Below, piece by piece: positions 28,630-39,888 of a stretch of 64,000 bases of DNA. Both the position numbers and the translations under genes were made by a program. The notes under the pieces are model-generated. The model made no database searches, had not been told where the DNA came from, and saw only the letters and a list, made by a program, of their open reading frames with translations. Source of the stretch: an uncultured delta proteobacterium (GTDB lineage Bacteria; Myxococcota; UBA727; VGSZ01); contig CAVZJB010000004.1 in assembly GCA_963775425.1 (NCBI GenBank), forward strand, positions 192,001 to 256,000, read 5' to 3'. Position 1 is the first letter of the stretch; the number at the start of each line of letters is the position of its first letter.

Positions 28630-29376
28630 ATGCGCGTGTTCATCACCGGAGCGTCGAGCGGAATCGGCGAGGGCCTCGCCCGCCACTACGCGGTCCCCGG
28701 CGCCGACATCGGCGTCGTCGCGCGGCGTGCGGACGTGCTCGCCGCGCTGGCCAGGGACGTCGAGGCCCACGGCGCCAGGGCGCACGTCTACGCGGGCGAC
28801 GTCGCCGACACCGCGTTCATGGCCGGCGCGGCCGCCGGCTTCGTCGCCGCCGCCGGCGGCGTCGACCTCGTCGTCGCCAACGCCGGCGTCGGCATCCGCG
28901 ATCGCATCAAGCAGGGCGAGGCCGAGGAGATCGCCGCCCTCATTCGCATCAACGTCATCGGCGTCACCAACGCGCTGGTCCCGTTCGTGCCGCACATGAT
29001 CGCGCAGGGCTCCGGCGTGCTCTCCGCCGTCTCGAGCTTCGCGGGGCACCGCGCCATGCCCGGGCGCACCGCCTACTGCGCGTCGAAGGCGGCGGTGATC
29101 GCGTTCATGGACGGGCTGCGCATGGATCTCGACGGGACCGGCGTGCACGCGATGTGCTTCTGCCCCGGCTTCGTGAAGACGCCGCTCACCGAGAAGAACG
29201 AGGGCATGAAGTTCGTCATCGACGTCGACGAGGCGGTGCGCATCATGACCCGCGCCGTCCGTCACCGTGAGCGCACGGTGACGTTCCCCTGGCAGATGCG
29301 CGTCCTCAAGGTCGTGATGGCGGTGGCGCCCGAGGCGCTCATCAAGCGGGGGGCGCCGCCTGCCCGACCGGAATGA
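28630..29376 (+). CDS. Short-chain dehydrogenase/reductase
   Basis: ITGASSGIG, ANAG, YCASK. Confidence 0.93.
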   Translation: MRVFITGASSGIGEGLARHYAVPGADIGVVARRADVLAALARDVEAHGARAHVYAGDVADTAFMAGAAAGFVAAAGGVDLVVANAGVGIRDRIKQGEAEEIAALIRINVIGVTNALVPFVPHMIAQGSGVLSAVSSFAGHRAMPGRTAYCASKAAVIAFMDGLRMDLDGTGVHAMCFCPGFVKTPLTEKNEGMKFVIDVDEAVRIMTRAVRHRERTVTFPWQMRVLKVVMAVAPEALIKRGAPPARPE

Positions 29377-29418
29377 GGCGACGTGCGCAGCCCGCGGCGA
29401 GCGTGTTAGACCGCCCTC

Positions 29419-30873
<1,455 letters not shown>

Positions 30874-30920
30874 CCGCGGCAAACTTGACCGCCGACGAGC
30901 ACCCTCCGTAACGTCGAGGA

Positions 30921-32237
30921 ATGCGTGCTCCCCTGGTGTCCCTCGCGTTCTCGGCCTCGTTGGCGCTCCCGGCGTTGTGGGCAGGGACGGCGCGGGGGGC
31001 GCAGATCACCGATGTGGCCGACGCCGTCGACGGCGACGACCCCTTCGACGCCAACCTCGAGCTGAAGTTCGACGTCGACCGGCACTCGGGAATCATCACC
31101 CGCGAGAACTTCCAGCCGCCCGAGAACGATCCCGGCGGCAAGCCCCGCGTCGTCGACGTCAAGGAAGAGCAGTTCGAGCACGTGCGCTTCCGCATCCGGC
31201 CGCGGCTCGAGGTGGGCATCTTCCACGACCTCTCGCTGTTCGCCGAGTGGCCCATCGTCATCTGGGACCAGCAGGACTGGAAGTACGCGGCCGGCACGGA
31301 CCAATCCAACTCCACCTTCGGACGTGATCAGTCGCCGAACCCGTCTCCCCCCGTCGACAGTTGGAACGAGACCTCCGGCGCCGGCAACAATCGGCTGGCC
31401 ATCCAGAACGGGACCTTCGGCTTCCCCAAGAAGGCGTACAACGACTGGGCCTTCGACCACGCCCACAACGGGCAGTTCACCGGGTATCGCCAGGGCTTCG
31501 ACAACCCCACGTTCGGTGTGCGCTTCTCCCCGCTCAACAACGAGCGCGACGACACCAAGCCCACCATCACGCTCCAGGCGGACTACACGCCGCCGTTCTT
31601 CCAGTTCATGGACCCCACCACCGAGGACATCAGCGACGCCGCCAACCCCGGCACCGTCGCCGACGGCGCGCATCGCTTTCACTTCTCGGTGGCCATGTCC
31701 AAGCGCTTCCTGATCCTCGACCCGTACTTCATGGTCGAGTACGGGCTGCCGCTGGCGGCGTCGGGCTCGGGCTCGCTGCTCGGCTTCTTCCCACGCCAGA
31801 TGGGCAGCTTCATGGCGGGCACCGAGATCATCCCGTACGAAGATCAAAAGATGCAGCAGAAGTTCGCCATCGACGTCAACGCGTTCGCCACCTACTTCAG
31901 CGAAGGCCGCGACTACTCCGAGGTGAGCGACGTGCTGCGCGAGCAGACGTACACCGATCAGTGGGTGCGCACCGGCTTGAACCTCGGCATCTTCTTCAAG
32001 GCCTTCGAGTACTTCCAGTTCGATATCAACGGTGACGTCGGCTACGACTCGCCGCACCTGCTCACCATCGAAGACTTCGGCACCGACGGGCCCGACGCCA
32101 ACAGCGAGATCAACCTCGACAACCCCAAAGAGCGGAACCCCTTCTACAACCCCGCGATCGACACCGTCGGCCGCCGCGTGCGCGTGGAGCAGTCGGTGCA
32201 CCTCGGCGTGCTCGTCCACGCCGCCATCACCTTCTAG
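30921..32237 (+). CDS. Secreted, probable outer-membrane beta-barrel protein of unknown function
   Basis: Sec signal peptide, aromatic alternating strands, C-terminal Phe (HAAITF). Confidence 0.7.
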   Translation: MRAPLVSLAFSASLALPALWAGTARGAQITDVADAVDGDDPFDANLELKFDVDRHSGIITRENFQPPENDPGGKPRVVDVKEEQFEHVRFRIRPRLEVGIFHDLSLFAEWPIVIWDQQDWKYAAGTDQSNSTFGRDQSPNPSPPVDSWNETSGAGNNRLAIQNGTFGFPKKAYNDWAFDHAHNGQFTGYRQGFDNPTFGVRFSPLNNERDDTKPTITLQADYTPPFFQFMDPTTEDISDAANPGTVADGAHRFHFSVAMSKRFLILDPYFMVEYGLPLAASGSGSLLGFFPRQMGSFMAGTEIIPYEDQKMQQKFAIDVNAFATYFSEGRDYSEVSDVLREQTYTDQWVRTGLNLGIFFKAFEYFQFDINGDVGYDSPHLLTIEDFGTDGPDANSEINLDNPKERNPFYNPAIDTVGRRVRVEQSVHLGVLVHAAITF

Positions 32238-32267
32238 CCCGGCGACGCGCCGCGTGGAGCTCATTCG

Positions 32268-32813
32268 TTGGGACAGACGCGGTACGTAGCGCTCCTCCGG
32301 GGCATCAACCTCGGCGGCAAGAACAAGCTCCCGATGAAGGAGCTGGTGGCGCTGTTCGACGCCGCCGGCTGCGACGACGTCGTCACGTACATCCAGAGCG
32401 GCAACGTGGTGTTCACGGCGTCAGCCGCGACGGTGAAGTCGCTGCCGGACGACATCGCCGCCGCCATCCACAAGGGGCACGGTTTGAAGGTGCCGGTGGT
32501 GCTGCGCTCGGCCGCCGAGCTCGACAAGGTCGTCAAGGGCAACCCCTTCCTGAAGCGCGGCGCCGACGCCGGGCACTGTCACGTCGCGTTCCTCGCGGCG
32601 GCGCCGACGCGCGCGCAGGTGGCGGCGCTCGATCCGCAGCGCTCCCCGGGCGACGACTTCGTCGTCGCCGGCCGCGACGTCTACCTGCACCTGCCAAACG
32701 GCGTGGCGCGCAGCAAGCTCACCAACGCGTGGCTCGACACGAAGCTGAAGACCGTCTCGACGGCGCGCAACTGGCGCACCGTGCTGAAGGTCCTGGAGCT
32801 CGCCGCGCGATGA
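32268..32813 (+). CDS. DUF1697 family protein
   Basis: YVALLRGINLGG, TYIQSGNVVF, TARNWRTV; TTG start. Confidence 0.9.
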   Translation: MGQTRYVALLRGINLGGKNKLPMKELVALFDAAGCDDVVTYIQSGNVVFTASAATVKSLPDDIAAAIHKGHGLKVPVVLRSAAELDKVVKGNPFLKRGADAGHCHVAFLAAAPTRAQVAALDPQRSPGDDFVVAGRDVYLHLPNGVARSKLTNAWLDTKLKTVSTARNWRTVLKVLELAAR

Positions 32814-32822
32814 CGATCCCGT

Positions 32823-33353
32823 TCAGGGCGGCCGGCCGCGCCGACCGAGCCGCTGGTTGTATCTGCGGGCGGCGGCTTCGGCGCGGGCGCCCGGCAGCAC
32901 CGGGTCGTACATCTCGTCGCCGATGTCCGCGGCGTACGCGAACCCCAGCGGGATGGCGACGATGGACGCGGTCAACAGCAAGGCGCCGGGGATGAGCCCG
33001 ATGAGGCCGATGGGCCCGTCGATCACCGTCCAGACGATGCCGCCGGCGAGCGCGCCGCCGCCGACGACGGCGCCGGCGACGCCGCCGTAGCCGACGCCGA
33101 GCTGCGTGGCGAGCTCGGCCGCGAAGATCTTCGCGCGCCGCCCGCGCACGGCCTGCACCGCGGCGGCGTCGCCGGCGATCTCGTAGAAGTCCTGCTCGTC
33201 GACGGCGGCGCGGCCCTGCCGCAGGTAGCCGCGCGAATCCACCACGAGCGCTTCGCCGGTGGCGCGCTGGTGCATCGCGGGGTTCGCCGTCAGGCACGCC
33301 GCGCTCGACGCGATCACCAGCGCGCACGCCGCCAGGGTCTCCACCGCTCGCAC
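32823..33353 (-). CDS. Hypothetical membrane lipoprotein
   Basis: Possible lipobox SAAC; two Gly-rich hydrophobic helices. Confidence 0.6.
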   Translation of the reverse strand: MRAVETLAACALVIASSAACLTANPAMHQRATGEALVVDSRGYLRQGRAAVDEQDFYEIAGDAAAVQAVRGRRAKIFAAELATQLGVGYGGVAGAVVGGGALAGGIVWTVIDGPIGLIGLIPGALLLTASIVAIPLGFAYAADIGDEMYDPVLPGARAEAAARRYNQRLGRRGRPP

Positions 33354-33389
33354 GCCCGAAGGATACCCGAGCGGCCCGACGGCGGTCGC

Positions 33390-34487
33390 TCAACCCGACG
33401 GGCGTGGCCCGCGCGCGGCGTTGCCGCGGCGGAACACCGTCCCCGCGGCGCGCTTGACGACGACGGGCAGCCCGAGGAACCGGCCGTAGCGCGCGGCGGC
33501 TTCCGCGACGGCGGCGCGGGCGCCGGCCCCGAGCGCGGTCAGCGTCATGGTCTCCAGCTCGACGGCGCGGCCCGTGCGCGTGCGTCGCCAGCCGCCGACC
33601 ACCACGCCGTCGACCGCGATCGCGTTTGTGAAGAGCACGTCGCCGCCCGCGTGCGAAAGGACGGACGCGTGGATCGTGGCGCTGCGATCGCGATAGGCCA
33701 CCAGGAGCTCGTCGTAATTGGGCAGCAGGTGCGCCACCGGCGCGCCTTTGGTGCGGCGGGCGTCGTGTGCGCCGAGCCAGGTGCGGCCGTCGACGACGGT
33801 GCGCGCGACGTCGGCGGCGGCGTCGACGGCGGCCTTTGCGTCGGCGGCGGCCATGCCGGACCACCACGCGAAGTCCTGCGCGGTGGCGGGCCCGTGGCTC
33901 GCGAAGTAGCGCCGCGCGAGCTCGACGAGCGCCTCGTCGCGGGTGAGCGCTCTCGCCGGCGGCACGCGCTCGTCGACGGCGGCGTAGCTGGTCTGCTTGC
34001 CCTTCATCGGCCCGCTGCACACGAGGAGCTCGAGCTCCGCGTACATCATCACGTGCGCGAGCGCCTGGCCGGTGACGCCGATGCGCGCCCCGATCTCGTT
34101 GCGCGTGAGCGCGGTCCCGCGGACGGCGCGGGCGGCGGCGTCGGCGAGCCGCGCGAGCTTCTTCGCGTCGAGCCCGAGCTGCGCGCGATAGCGCGCGGAG
34201 GAGGCGTGCACGCGCGCGGCGGTGAGCGCCTGCAACCAGCGCAGGTCCGCCGGGGCGACGAAGTGCCACGTGGGTCGCATGGCGTGAACGCGCACGAAGG
34301 CGCCGGCGTCGTACGCGGCCGTCACGCCGGCCTCGGTGGCGCCCTTCGCGCGCTGGCCGAGCGCCCACAGCGCGCCGCCGAGGTCCTGCGCCTGCACCGC
34401 CCCCAGGTGGGCGACGACGCCGGCGGGCGACGACAGCGGCGCTCCGACGAGTCGCTGGTTCCGCAGGCGCGCGCGCGCGACGTCCAT
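33390..34487 (-). CDS. AlkZ/YcaQ-like winged-helix DNA glycosylase (HTH_42)
   Basis: GAVQAQD (QxQ), MRPTWHFV, YFASHGPAT..DFAWWSG, LLPNYDE. Confidence 0.85.
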   Translation of the reverse strand: MDVARARLRNQRLVGAPLSSPAGVVAHLGAVQAQDLGGALWALGQRAKGATEAGVTAAYDAGAFVRVHAMRPTWHFVAPADLRWLQALTAARVHASSARYRAQLGLDAKKLARLADAAARAVRGTALTRNEIGARIGVTGQALAHVMMYAELELLVCSGPMKGKQTSYAAVDERVPPARALTRDEALVELARRYFASHGPATAQDFAWWSGMAAADAKAAVDAAADVARTVVDGRTWLGAHDARRTKGAPVAHLLPNYDELLVAYRDRSATIHASVLSHAGGDVLFTNAIAVDGVVVGGWRRTRTGRAVELETMTLTALGAGARAAVAEAAARYGRFLGLPVVVKRAAGTVFRRGNAARGPRPSG

Positions 34488-34532
34488 GCGCCCGACGCTA
34501 GCGTGGCGCCGCGCACCGGGGGAGCCGCTCCG

Positions 34533-35447
34533 TCACCGCGCGGCGACGGCGATGCGGCCGACGGCGGTGGAGCTTCGTCGCGTGAGCGCGACGCCGAAGC
34601 GGGCGGCGGCGGCGTCGAGGTTCTCGTCGGTGATCACCCGGAAGCCGTGGCGCGCGAGCGCCTCGCGCATCTTGTCCGCCGTGTAGAACGATCGCTGCGG
34701 CTCGTGCTCCAAGGGGTTCTGCGCGCTGCCGAGCCTGCCGAGGGCGGCGGCCAGCATGCGCCCGAGCGCCTGCTTGAGCCCGGGCGCGAGGTAGCCGACG
34801 ACGATGCGGCTGCCCGGGGCGGAGCGGCCGGCGACGACGTCCAGGGTGGCCTCGACCTCGTCGGGCGTGAGGTAGGGGACGACGCCCTCCCACAGCCACG
34901 CCGTGGGCGCCGCGGCGTCGTGGCCGGCGGCGGCGAGCGCGGCGGCGAGGGAGTCCCTGGCGAAGTCGACGGCGACGAAGCGCACCTCCCGGGCCTTCTG
35001 CGTGAGCGGCGCGCCGCGCGCGGCGGCCGCGGCCATGCGCGCGCGCTTGTCCGCCTGGGAGTCGGGGTGATCGACCTCGAAGACGACGGCCTCGCGCAGC
35101 GCGTCCATGCGATAGGCGCGGCCATCGAGCCCGGCCCCGAGGAGCACGAGCTGCGCGCCGTGTCCGTCGGCGACGGCGGTGCGCACCGCCTCGTCGATGG
35201 CGAGCGTGCGCGGCGCCATCACCTCGGCGTTGGCGTGCAGCATCTCCCAGGCGATGCGCGGCTGCATCCCGCGGGGCGGCTCCGGCGCGGCGGCGGCGCG
35301 CGTGACCTCGTCGCGCTCGTCGTCGCGCAGAAGCGCGAGCGCGGTGGGGTCGGCGAAGGCGCCGTTGTGCGTGGCGACGCGGCCGTCGGCCAGCGCGCGC
35401 CCCTTGCAGACGAGGACGGCGGTGCGGCTGGCGTGCCCCTCCTTCAT
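34533..35447 (-). CDS. SAM-dependent methyltransferase (leucine carboxyl methyltransferase-like)
   Basis: SRTA, RT..ID, QLVLLGAGLDGRAYR, FEVDHP, WEGVVPYL. Confidence 0.9.
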   Translation of the reverse strand: MKEGHASRTAVLVCKGRALADGRVATHNGAFADPTALALLRDDERDEVTRAAAAPEPPRGMQPRIAWEMLHANAEVMAPRTLAIDEAVRTAVADGHGAQLVLLGAGLDGRAYRMDALREAVVFEVDHPDSQADKRARMAAAAARGAPLTQKAREVRFVAVDFARDSLAAALAAAGHDAAAPTAWLWEGVVPYLTPDEVEATLDVVAGRSAPGSRIVVGYLAPGLKQALGRMLAAALGRLGSAQNPLEHEPQRSFYTADKMREALARHGFRVITDENLDAAAARFGVALTRRSSTAVGRIAVAAR

Positions 35448-35662
35448 CGCGTGCTCCCGTGCGCGGCGACGGGGCGCGCGTGGCGTCGCACGTTCCCGAT
35501 CCTCGAGGCACGCCGCATGGCGCGAGCGTAGGGCGCGACCCGTGCCCGGGTGCAAGCCGAAAGCGCTTCGCCGCGACGGGACGGTCGCGCGGCCCGCGCC
35601 GTCGACGCGCGCCCGCTTCGAGCCGGGCCCGCAGGCGCGTCGTCGAGCGCGCCGGGCGCCCA

Positions 35663-36781
35663 TCACTCTGATCGGTCCTCGGCCTCCATCGCCAGCGCGT
35701 CGTCGAGCGCGTCGAGCGCGGCGAGCGCGCCGAGCACGGCCTTCACGGCGTCGCCGCCCTCGACGGGCGCGCGCAGCGCCGGCGTGCGCGCGAGCAGCTC
35801 GAGGAGCGCGTCGGCCCCGGGGATCTCCGACGAGACCGGCGGCGCGACCGCGGCCGCGGCCACGGGGGGCGGCGCCCCCCGCTCGCGCTGTGCGGCGGCG
35901 TCGGCGTCGACGAGCGCGTGCGCGGCCTCCGCGAGCAGCGAGCGGGCGCGCGCGAGCTGCTCGGCGACCTCGTCGGGGCGGGCGCGCGCGCGCCGCACGC
36001 GCTCGTAGGCGTCCTTCACCGGAATGCCGAGCGCGGCGGCGAGCTTCTTCGCGCGCTCCTTGGGGGGCAGCGACGTGTCGGCGGCGATGGCGCCGGCGTC
36101 GACCGCCTCTTCGGCGCGAGCCTCGCCCGCCTCGACGACGATCACCGCCTCGCCCTTCTCCAAAAACGGCGGCGAGAGCGCCCCGCCGAGGACGCCGCGG
36201 TGAAACGTCTCGTGCAGCTTGGTGAGCTCGCGGGCCACCACCACGCGCCGCGGGCCGAGCGCCGCGGCGAGGTCCGCGAGCGTCTCCTCGACGCGCTGGG
36301 GCGCCTCGTACACCACGACGGCGAAGCCGCTCCGCGCGGCCGCGTCGATGAGCGAAGCGCGCGAACGGCCGCCGCGGGGGAGGAAGCCGAGGAAGGAGAA
36401 GCGCGACGCGTCGACGCCCGCGCCCATCAGCGCCGCGGTGATCGCCGACGGGCCCGGCAGCACCTCGACCTCGACGCCGGCGGCGACCACGTCCTCGACG
36501 AGGCGGCCGCCCGGGTCGGACACCGCGGGCGCGCCGGCGTCGGTGACGAGCGCGACGCGCTTGTCCTCGCGCAGGAGCGCGATGACCTCGAGGGCGCGCT
36601 CTCGCTCGTTGTGCGCGTGGCATGACAGGAGCCGCGCGTGCGCACCCACGCGATCGAGGAGCGGCCGGCTGTGGCGCGTGTCCTCGCAGAGCACGACGTC
36701 CGCGCTCTTGAGCACCTCGGCGGCGCGCGGCGCGAGGTCGCCGAGGTTGCCGATGGGCGTACAGACCACGGCGAGCTTCAT
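35663..36781 (-). CDS. rsmI: 16S rRNA C1402 2'-O-methyltransferase with C-terminal extension
   Basis: TPIGNLGD, CEDTR, DAGAPAVSDPG, PGPSA, YEAPQR, RELTKLHE. Confidence 0.93.
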   Translation of the reverse strand: MKLAVVCTPIGNLGDLAPRAAEVLKSADVVLCEDTRHSRPLLDRVGAHARLLSCHAHNERERALEVIALLREDKRVALVTDAGAPAVSDPGGRLVEDVVAAGVEVEVLPGPSAITAALMGAGVDASRFSFLGFLPRGGRSRASLIDAAARSGFAVVVYEAPQRVEETLADLAAALGPRRVVVARELTKLHETFHRGVLGGALSPPFLEKGEAVIVVEAGEARAEEAVDAGAIAADTSLPPKERAKKLAAALGIPVKDAYERVRRARARPDEVAEQLARARSLLAEAAHALVDADAAAQRERGAPPPVAAAAVAPPVSSEIPGADALLELLARTPALRAPVEGGDAVKAVLGALAALDALDDALAMEAEDRSE

Positions 36782-37143
36782 CGCGTGGCCTCGAAGGCGT
36801 TCTTCACGAGCTCGGTGCGGTCGCCGGCGATGACGACGACGTCGAAGCGGCAGCGCGGCGGCTCCCGCCCCGGAGTCGCGCGCTCGAGGTTGGCGACGTA
36901 GGCGCGGGCCGCGCGGATGATGCGCGCCTGCTTCTTGCCGTTCACGGAGTACAGCGCGTCGTCGATGCGCTCGCGCAGGCGCACCTCGATGAAGCAAAGG
37001 AGCTCGCCGTCGCGGGCGATGACGTCGACCTCGCAGCGGGCGACGCGCACGTTGCGCCCGATGATCTCGTAGCCCTCACGCATCAGCCGCAACACCGCGC
37101 GGTCCTCGCCCCCCCTGCCCTTCTCCGTCGTGGACTCAACCAT
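36778..37143 (-). CDS. yraN: YraN family nuclease
   Basis: GRGGE, RN..EVDVIA, FIEV, RFDVV. Confidence 0.9.
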   Translation of the reverse strand: MVESTTEKGRGGEDRAVLRLMREGYEIIGRNVRVARCEVDVIARDGELLCFIEVRLRERIDDALYSVNGKKQARIIRAARAYVANLERATPGREPPRCRFDVVVIAGDRTELVKNAFEATR

Positions 37144-37888
37144 CGGCGCCGCTCCGGCCGGCGCCGGCGGCCGCGTCGCCCGCGCGCACGGGGGCGAAGC
37201 TGCGGCGGTGCAGCGCGCACGGGCCGAGCCGGGACAGCGCCTCGAGGTGTTGCGGCGTGCCGTAGCCCTTGTGCGCGTCGAAGCCGTAGTCGGGGTAGCG
37301 CGCGTGCTCGACGACCATGCGGCGATCGCGGGTGACCTTGGCGAGCACGGACGCCGCCATGATGGGACGCGACAGCGCGTCGCCGCCGATGACCGTTCGC
37401 TGCGAGACCCGCATCGGCAGCGGCGCCTTCTGGTTGCCGTCGATGACGGCGCCCTGCACCTCGCGCCCGAGCCGCTGCTCGCAGGCGGCGAGCGCCACGG
37501 CCATGGCCTCGAGGCTCGCGCGCAGGATGTTGATCTCGTCGATGCGGTCGGCCTCGACCACGCCGACGCCCCACGCGCGCGCGTGCTCGAGGATGATCGG
37601 GAACAACGCCTCGCGCGCCTCGTGCGAGAGCTTCTTGCTGTCGTTGAGCGGCAAGAGGGGCTCCGGCAGCGGCACCGGCAACACGCACGCCGCCGCCACC
37701 ACCGGCCCCGCCAGCGGACCGCGCCCGGCCTCGTCGAGGCCGGCGACGACGGCGCCGTGACCGAGGGAACGCGCCATCTGGACCGCGGGATCGTCGTCGT
37801 CGTGAAAGCCGGGGAACGCCGCCTGCGCGCGCCGCGCCCCCGCCTTGGGCGGGGCCCGCCTGGGTGCGCGCGGCTTCCCGGCGTTCAT
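37136..37888 (-). CDS. rnhB: Ribonuclease HII
   Basis: GLDEAGRGPLAGPV, DSKKL, AASVLAKVTRD, HKGYGT, HRRSF. Confidence 0.95.
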   Translation of the reverse strand: MNAGKPRAPRRAPPKAGARRAQAAFPGFHDDDDPAVQMARSLGHGAVVAGLDEAGRGPLAGPVVAAACVLPVPLPEPLLPLNDSKKLSHEAREALFPIILEHARAWGVGVVEADRIDEINILRASLEAMAVALAACEQRLGREVQGAVIDGNQKAPLPMRVSQRTVIGGDALSRPIMAASVLAKVTRDRRMVVEHARYPDYGFDAHKGYGTPQHLEALSRLGPCALHRRSFAPVRAGDAAAGAGRSGADG

Positions 37889-39882
37889 CCCGGCCGCCCG
37901 CCGAGCGCGGCGCTCTCGGAGATGCTCACGACCTGCGTGGCGTTCGACAGGAACGTGAGCATGTTCTTCAACAAGGGCGCCTTGCTGTCGGCGAGCGTGT
38001 CGAGGCCGCGGTCGAAGACGACGGGGATGCGCGTGCGCCCGACGATGACCTCGATGAGCGCGACCTTCAGCGCGATCCAACTGAGGTCGCGATCGAAGGG
38101 CGGCAACTGCGCGAAGGGGATCGGCTGGCCGGCGGCGGCGTCGACGGCGCTGGTCTCGCCGCGGCCGGAGAAGCGCAGCTCCTTGTAGCGGTTGTCGGCG
38201 AGCGCGGCGAAGATCTGGCTCGCCCGCGGCTTCACCTGTTGCGCGATGTCCTCGACGGTGCCGCCGAGCAGCACGTCGCGGGCGAGCTCGAGCTGCCGCT
38301 GACAGAGATCGGGCGACGGCGCCGGCGCCGGCTCCTCCCCGGAGAGGTCGGCGCCCGTGTCGCCGAAGAGCGCGCGCGCGTCCTCCGCGGTGGCGTCGAC
38401 GGCGGCGCCGTCGGAGACGCTGTCGCCCGAGAGGACGGCCTGGATCTCCATGCGCTCCCGCTCGAGATCGGTGACGCCGGCGTAGCCCCCGCTCAACTGG
38501 AGCTTGTCCTCGAGCGCGCGGATGCGATCGGCGATGTCGCGCTGCTCGGCCTCGAGCGTGCCGGCGTCGCCCTCCTGCTCCGCCTCCGCGAGCGCCGCGC
38601 GTGTCTGCTCGAGCACCGCCTGCGTCTCCGTGCGTGCGACGAGCTGCTCCTCGACGTCGGGGAGCTGCTCGAGGGCGAAGCCCGCCCTGCCGAGCACGCT
38701 CTTGACGTGCTCCTCGTCGATGCGCAGCTTCTCCATCAGCCGCTTCTTCTCGACGTCGATGCGCGCGACGCGGCGGCGCACGCTCTCGCCGTGCTCGAGA
38801 GAGCCGAGCACGCGGATGCCGCCGACGAGGGCGACGCCGAACGCGGGGATGTCGATGAACGCCGCCCACTGCAAGGGCGGATACGCCACGGCGCCGATGA
38901 GGCCGAGCACGACGGCGGCGACGCCGGCGAGGACGCCGTAGATGACCATCGGATCCCGCTTGGCGACCTCGAACGGCTGTTGCCGTCCGCTCCTGTCGAC
39001 GGTGCCGCTCGACTCGATGAGCCGATCGCGCTCCTCTTCCATACGCTCCATGGAGGCCGCGTGCTCCGCCTTCACCTTCCGCAGGTGCGCGCCCTGGTCG
39101 ATGAGGTCGGGCGAGACGCCCTCGATGCTGTGGAAGCGCTGCATCTGCGTCTCGGCCTGCTCGACGCTGCGCCGGAGCGTGGACAGCGGGCGCAGCTTGG
39201 CCTCGATCTCGAAGAGCTTCTTCTGCAGGCCGTCGAGCTCGAACTCGACCTCCTTGATGTCGTCCTGCGCCGCGAGCGTCTCGTCGATCTCGGCGAGGCG
39301 CGCCTTGAGCTGCTCGTCGCTGCGGCCGCCGCGCTCGGAGACGGGGGCGCCCTCGTCGGAGAAGCCGGGCGGCAGGGGCTTGTCCTCGCGCGCCCCGCGC
39401 GCGCTCGACACGCTCGCCGCCGGCGCCCGCGACGACGACGACGCGCCCGCGGCGGGCGCGCGCTGCGACGGGAGGTCCTCGCGCACGCAGAACATGAGCT
39501 CGCGCAGCACGTCCTCCTGCGGGAAGCCGATGGTGGCCGTGACCGCCTGCGCAATCTCGCTGGCGGTGTTGCTCATCGGCTCGGCCTTGTCCCCCGCCAT
39601 CCGCTGGAGCGCGCGGCGGCCGGTGTGGACGTCCTGGAGGAGCCGGTAGCGCTGGCCGTCCCGCCCCTGCACCGTGAGGGCGACGCGGCTCTGCGCCGTG
39701 GGGATGTCGAGGTCGAAGAGCGTGGGCTCGGTGCCGACGGGGTAGAGCAGGTCGAGGATCACCCGCACCATGAGGCGCTCACGCGGCGCCGCCGGCAGGA
39801 CGGTGATCCTGGGGGCGAAAGGAAGGCGCACCATCTCGGGTGCGCCTTGAAGCCCCTGCGTGACGATCTCCAGGAGCTCCAC
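37885..39882 (-). CDS. SMC/SbcC/YhaN-like coiled-coil protein with two central TM helices and degenerate ATPase motifs
   Basis: N- and C-terminal ABC-head-like halves (LPPFDRDLSWIALK; PVVFD; QVVSIS), long coiled coils, hydrophobic hairpin. Confidence 0.65.
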   Translation of the reverse strand: MELLEIVTQGLQGAPEMVRLPFAPRITVLPAAPRERLMVRVILDLLYPVGTEPTLFDLDIPTAQSRVALTVQGRDGQRYRLLQDVHTGRRALQRMAGDKAEPMSNTASEIAQAVTATIGFPQEDVLRELMFCVREDLPSQRAPAAGASSSSRAPAASVSSARGAREDKPLPPGFSDEGAPVSERGGRSDEQLKARLAEIDETLAAQDDIKEVEFELDGLQKKLFEIEAKLRPLSTLRRSVEQAETQMQRFHSIEGVSPDLIDQGAHLRKVKAEHAASMERMEEERDRLIESSGTVDRSGRQQPFEVAKRDPMVIYGVLAGVAAVVLGLIGAVAYPPLQWAAFIDIPAFGVALVGGIRVLGSLEHGESVRRRVARIDVEKKRLMEKLRIDEEHVKSVLGRAGFALEQLPDVEEQLVARTETQAVLEQTRAALAEAEQEGDAGTLEAEQRDIADRIRALEDKLQLSGGYAGVTDLERERMEIQAVLSGDSVSDGAAVDATAEDARALFGDTGADLSGEEPAPAPSPDLCQRQLELARDVLLGGTVEDIAQQVKPRASQIFAALADNRYKELRFSGRGETSAVDAAAGQPIPFAQLPPFDRDLSWIALKVALIEVIVGRTRIPVVFDRGLDTLADSKAPLLKNMLTFLSNATQVVSISESAALGGRPG

Positions 39883-39888
39883 CGGAGC

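Noticed and set aside
35535-35592. Hairpin with GAAA-containing loop as a c-di-GMP or SAM riboswitch
   Set aside because: Conserved riboswitch motifs not matched; such pairing is expected at this GC content
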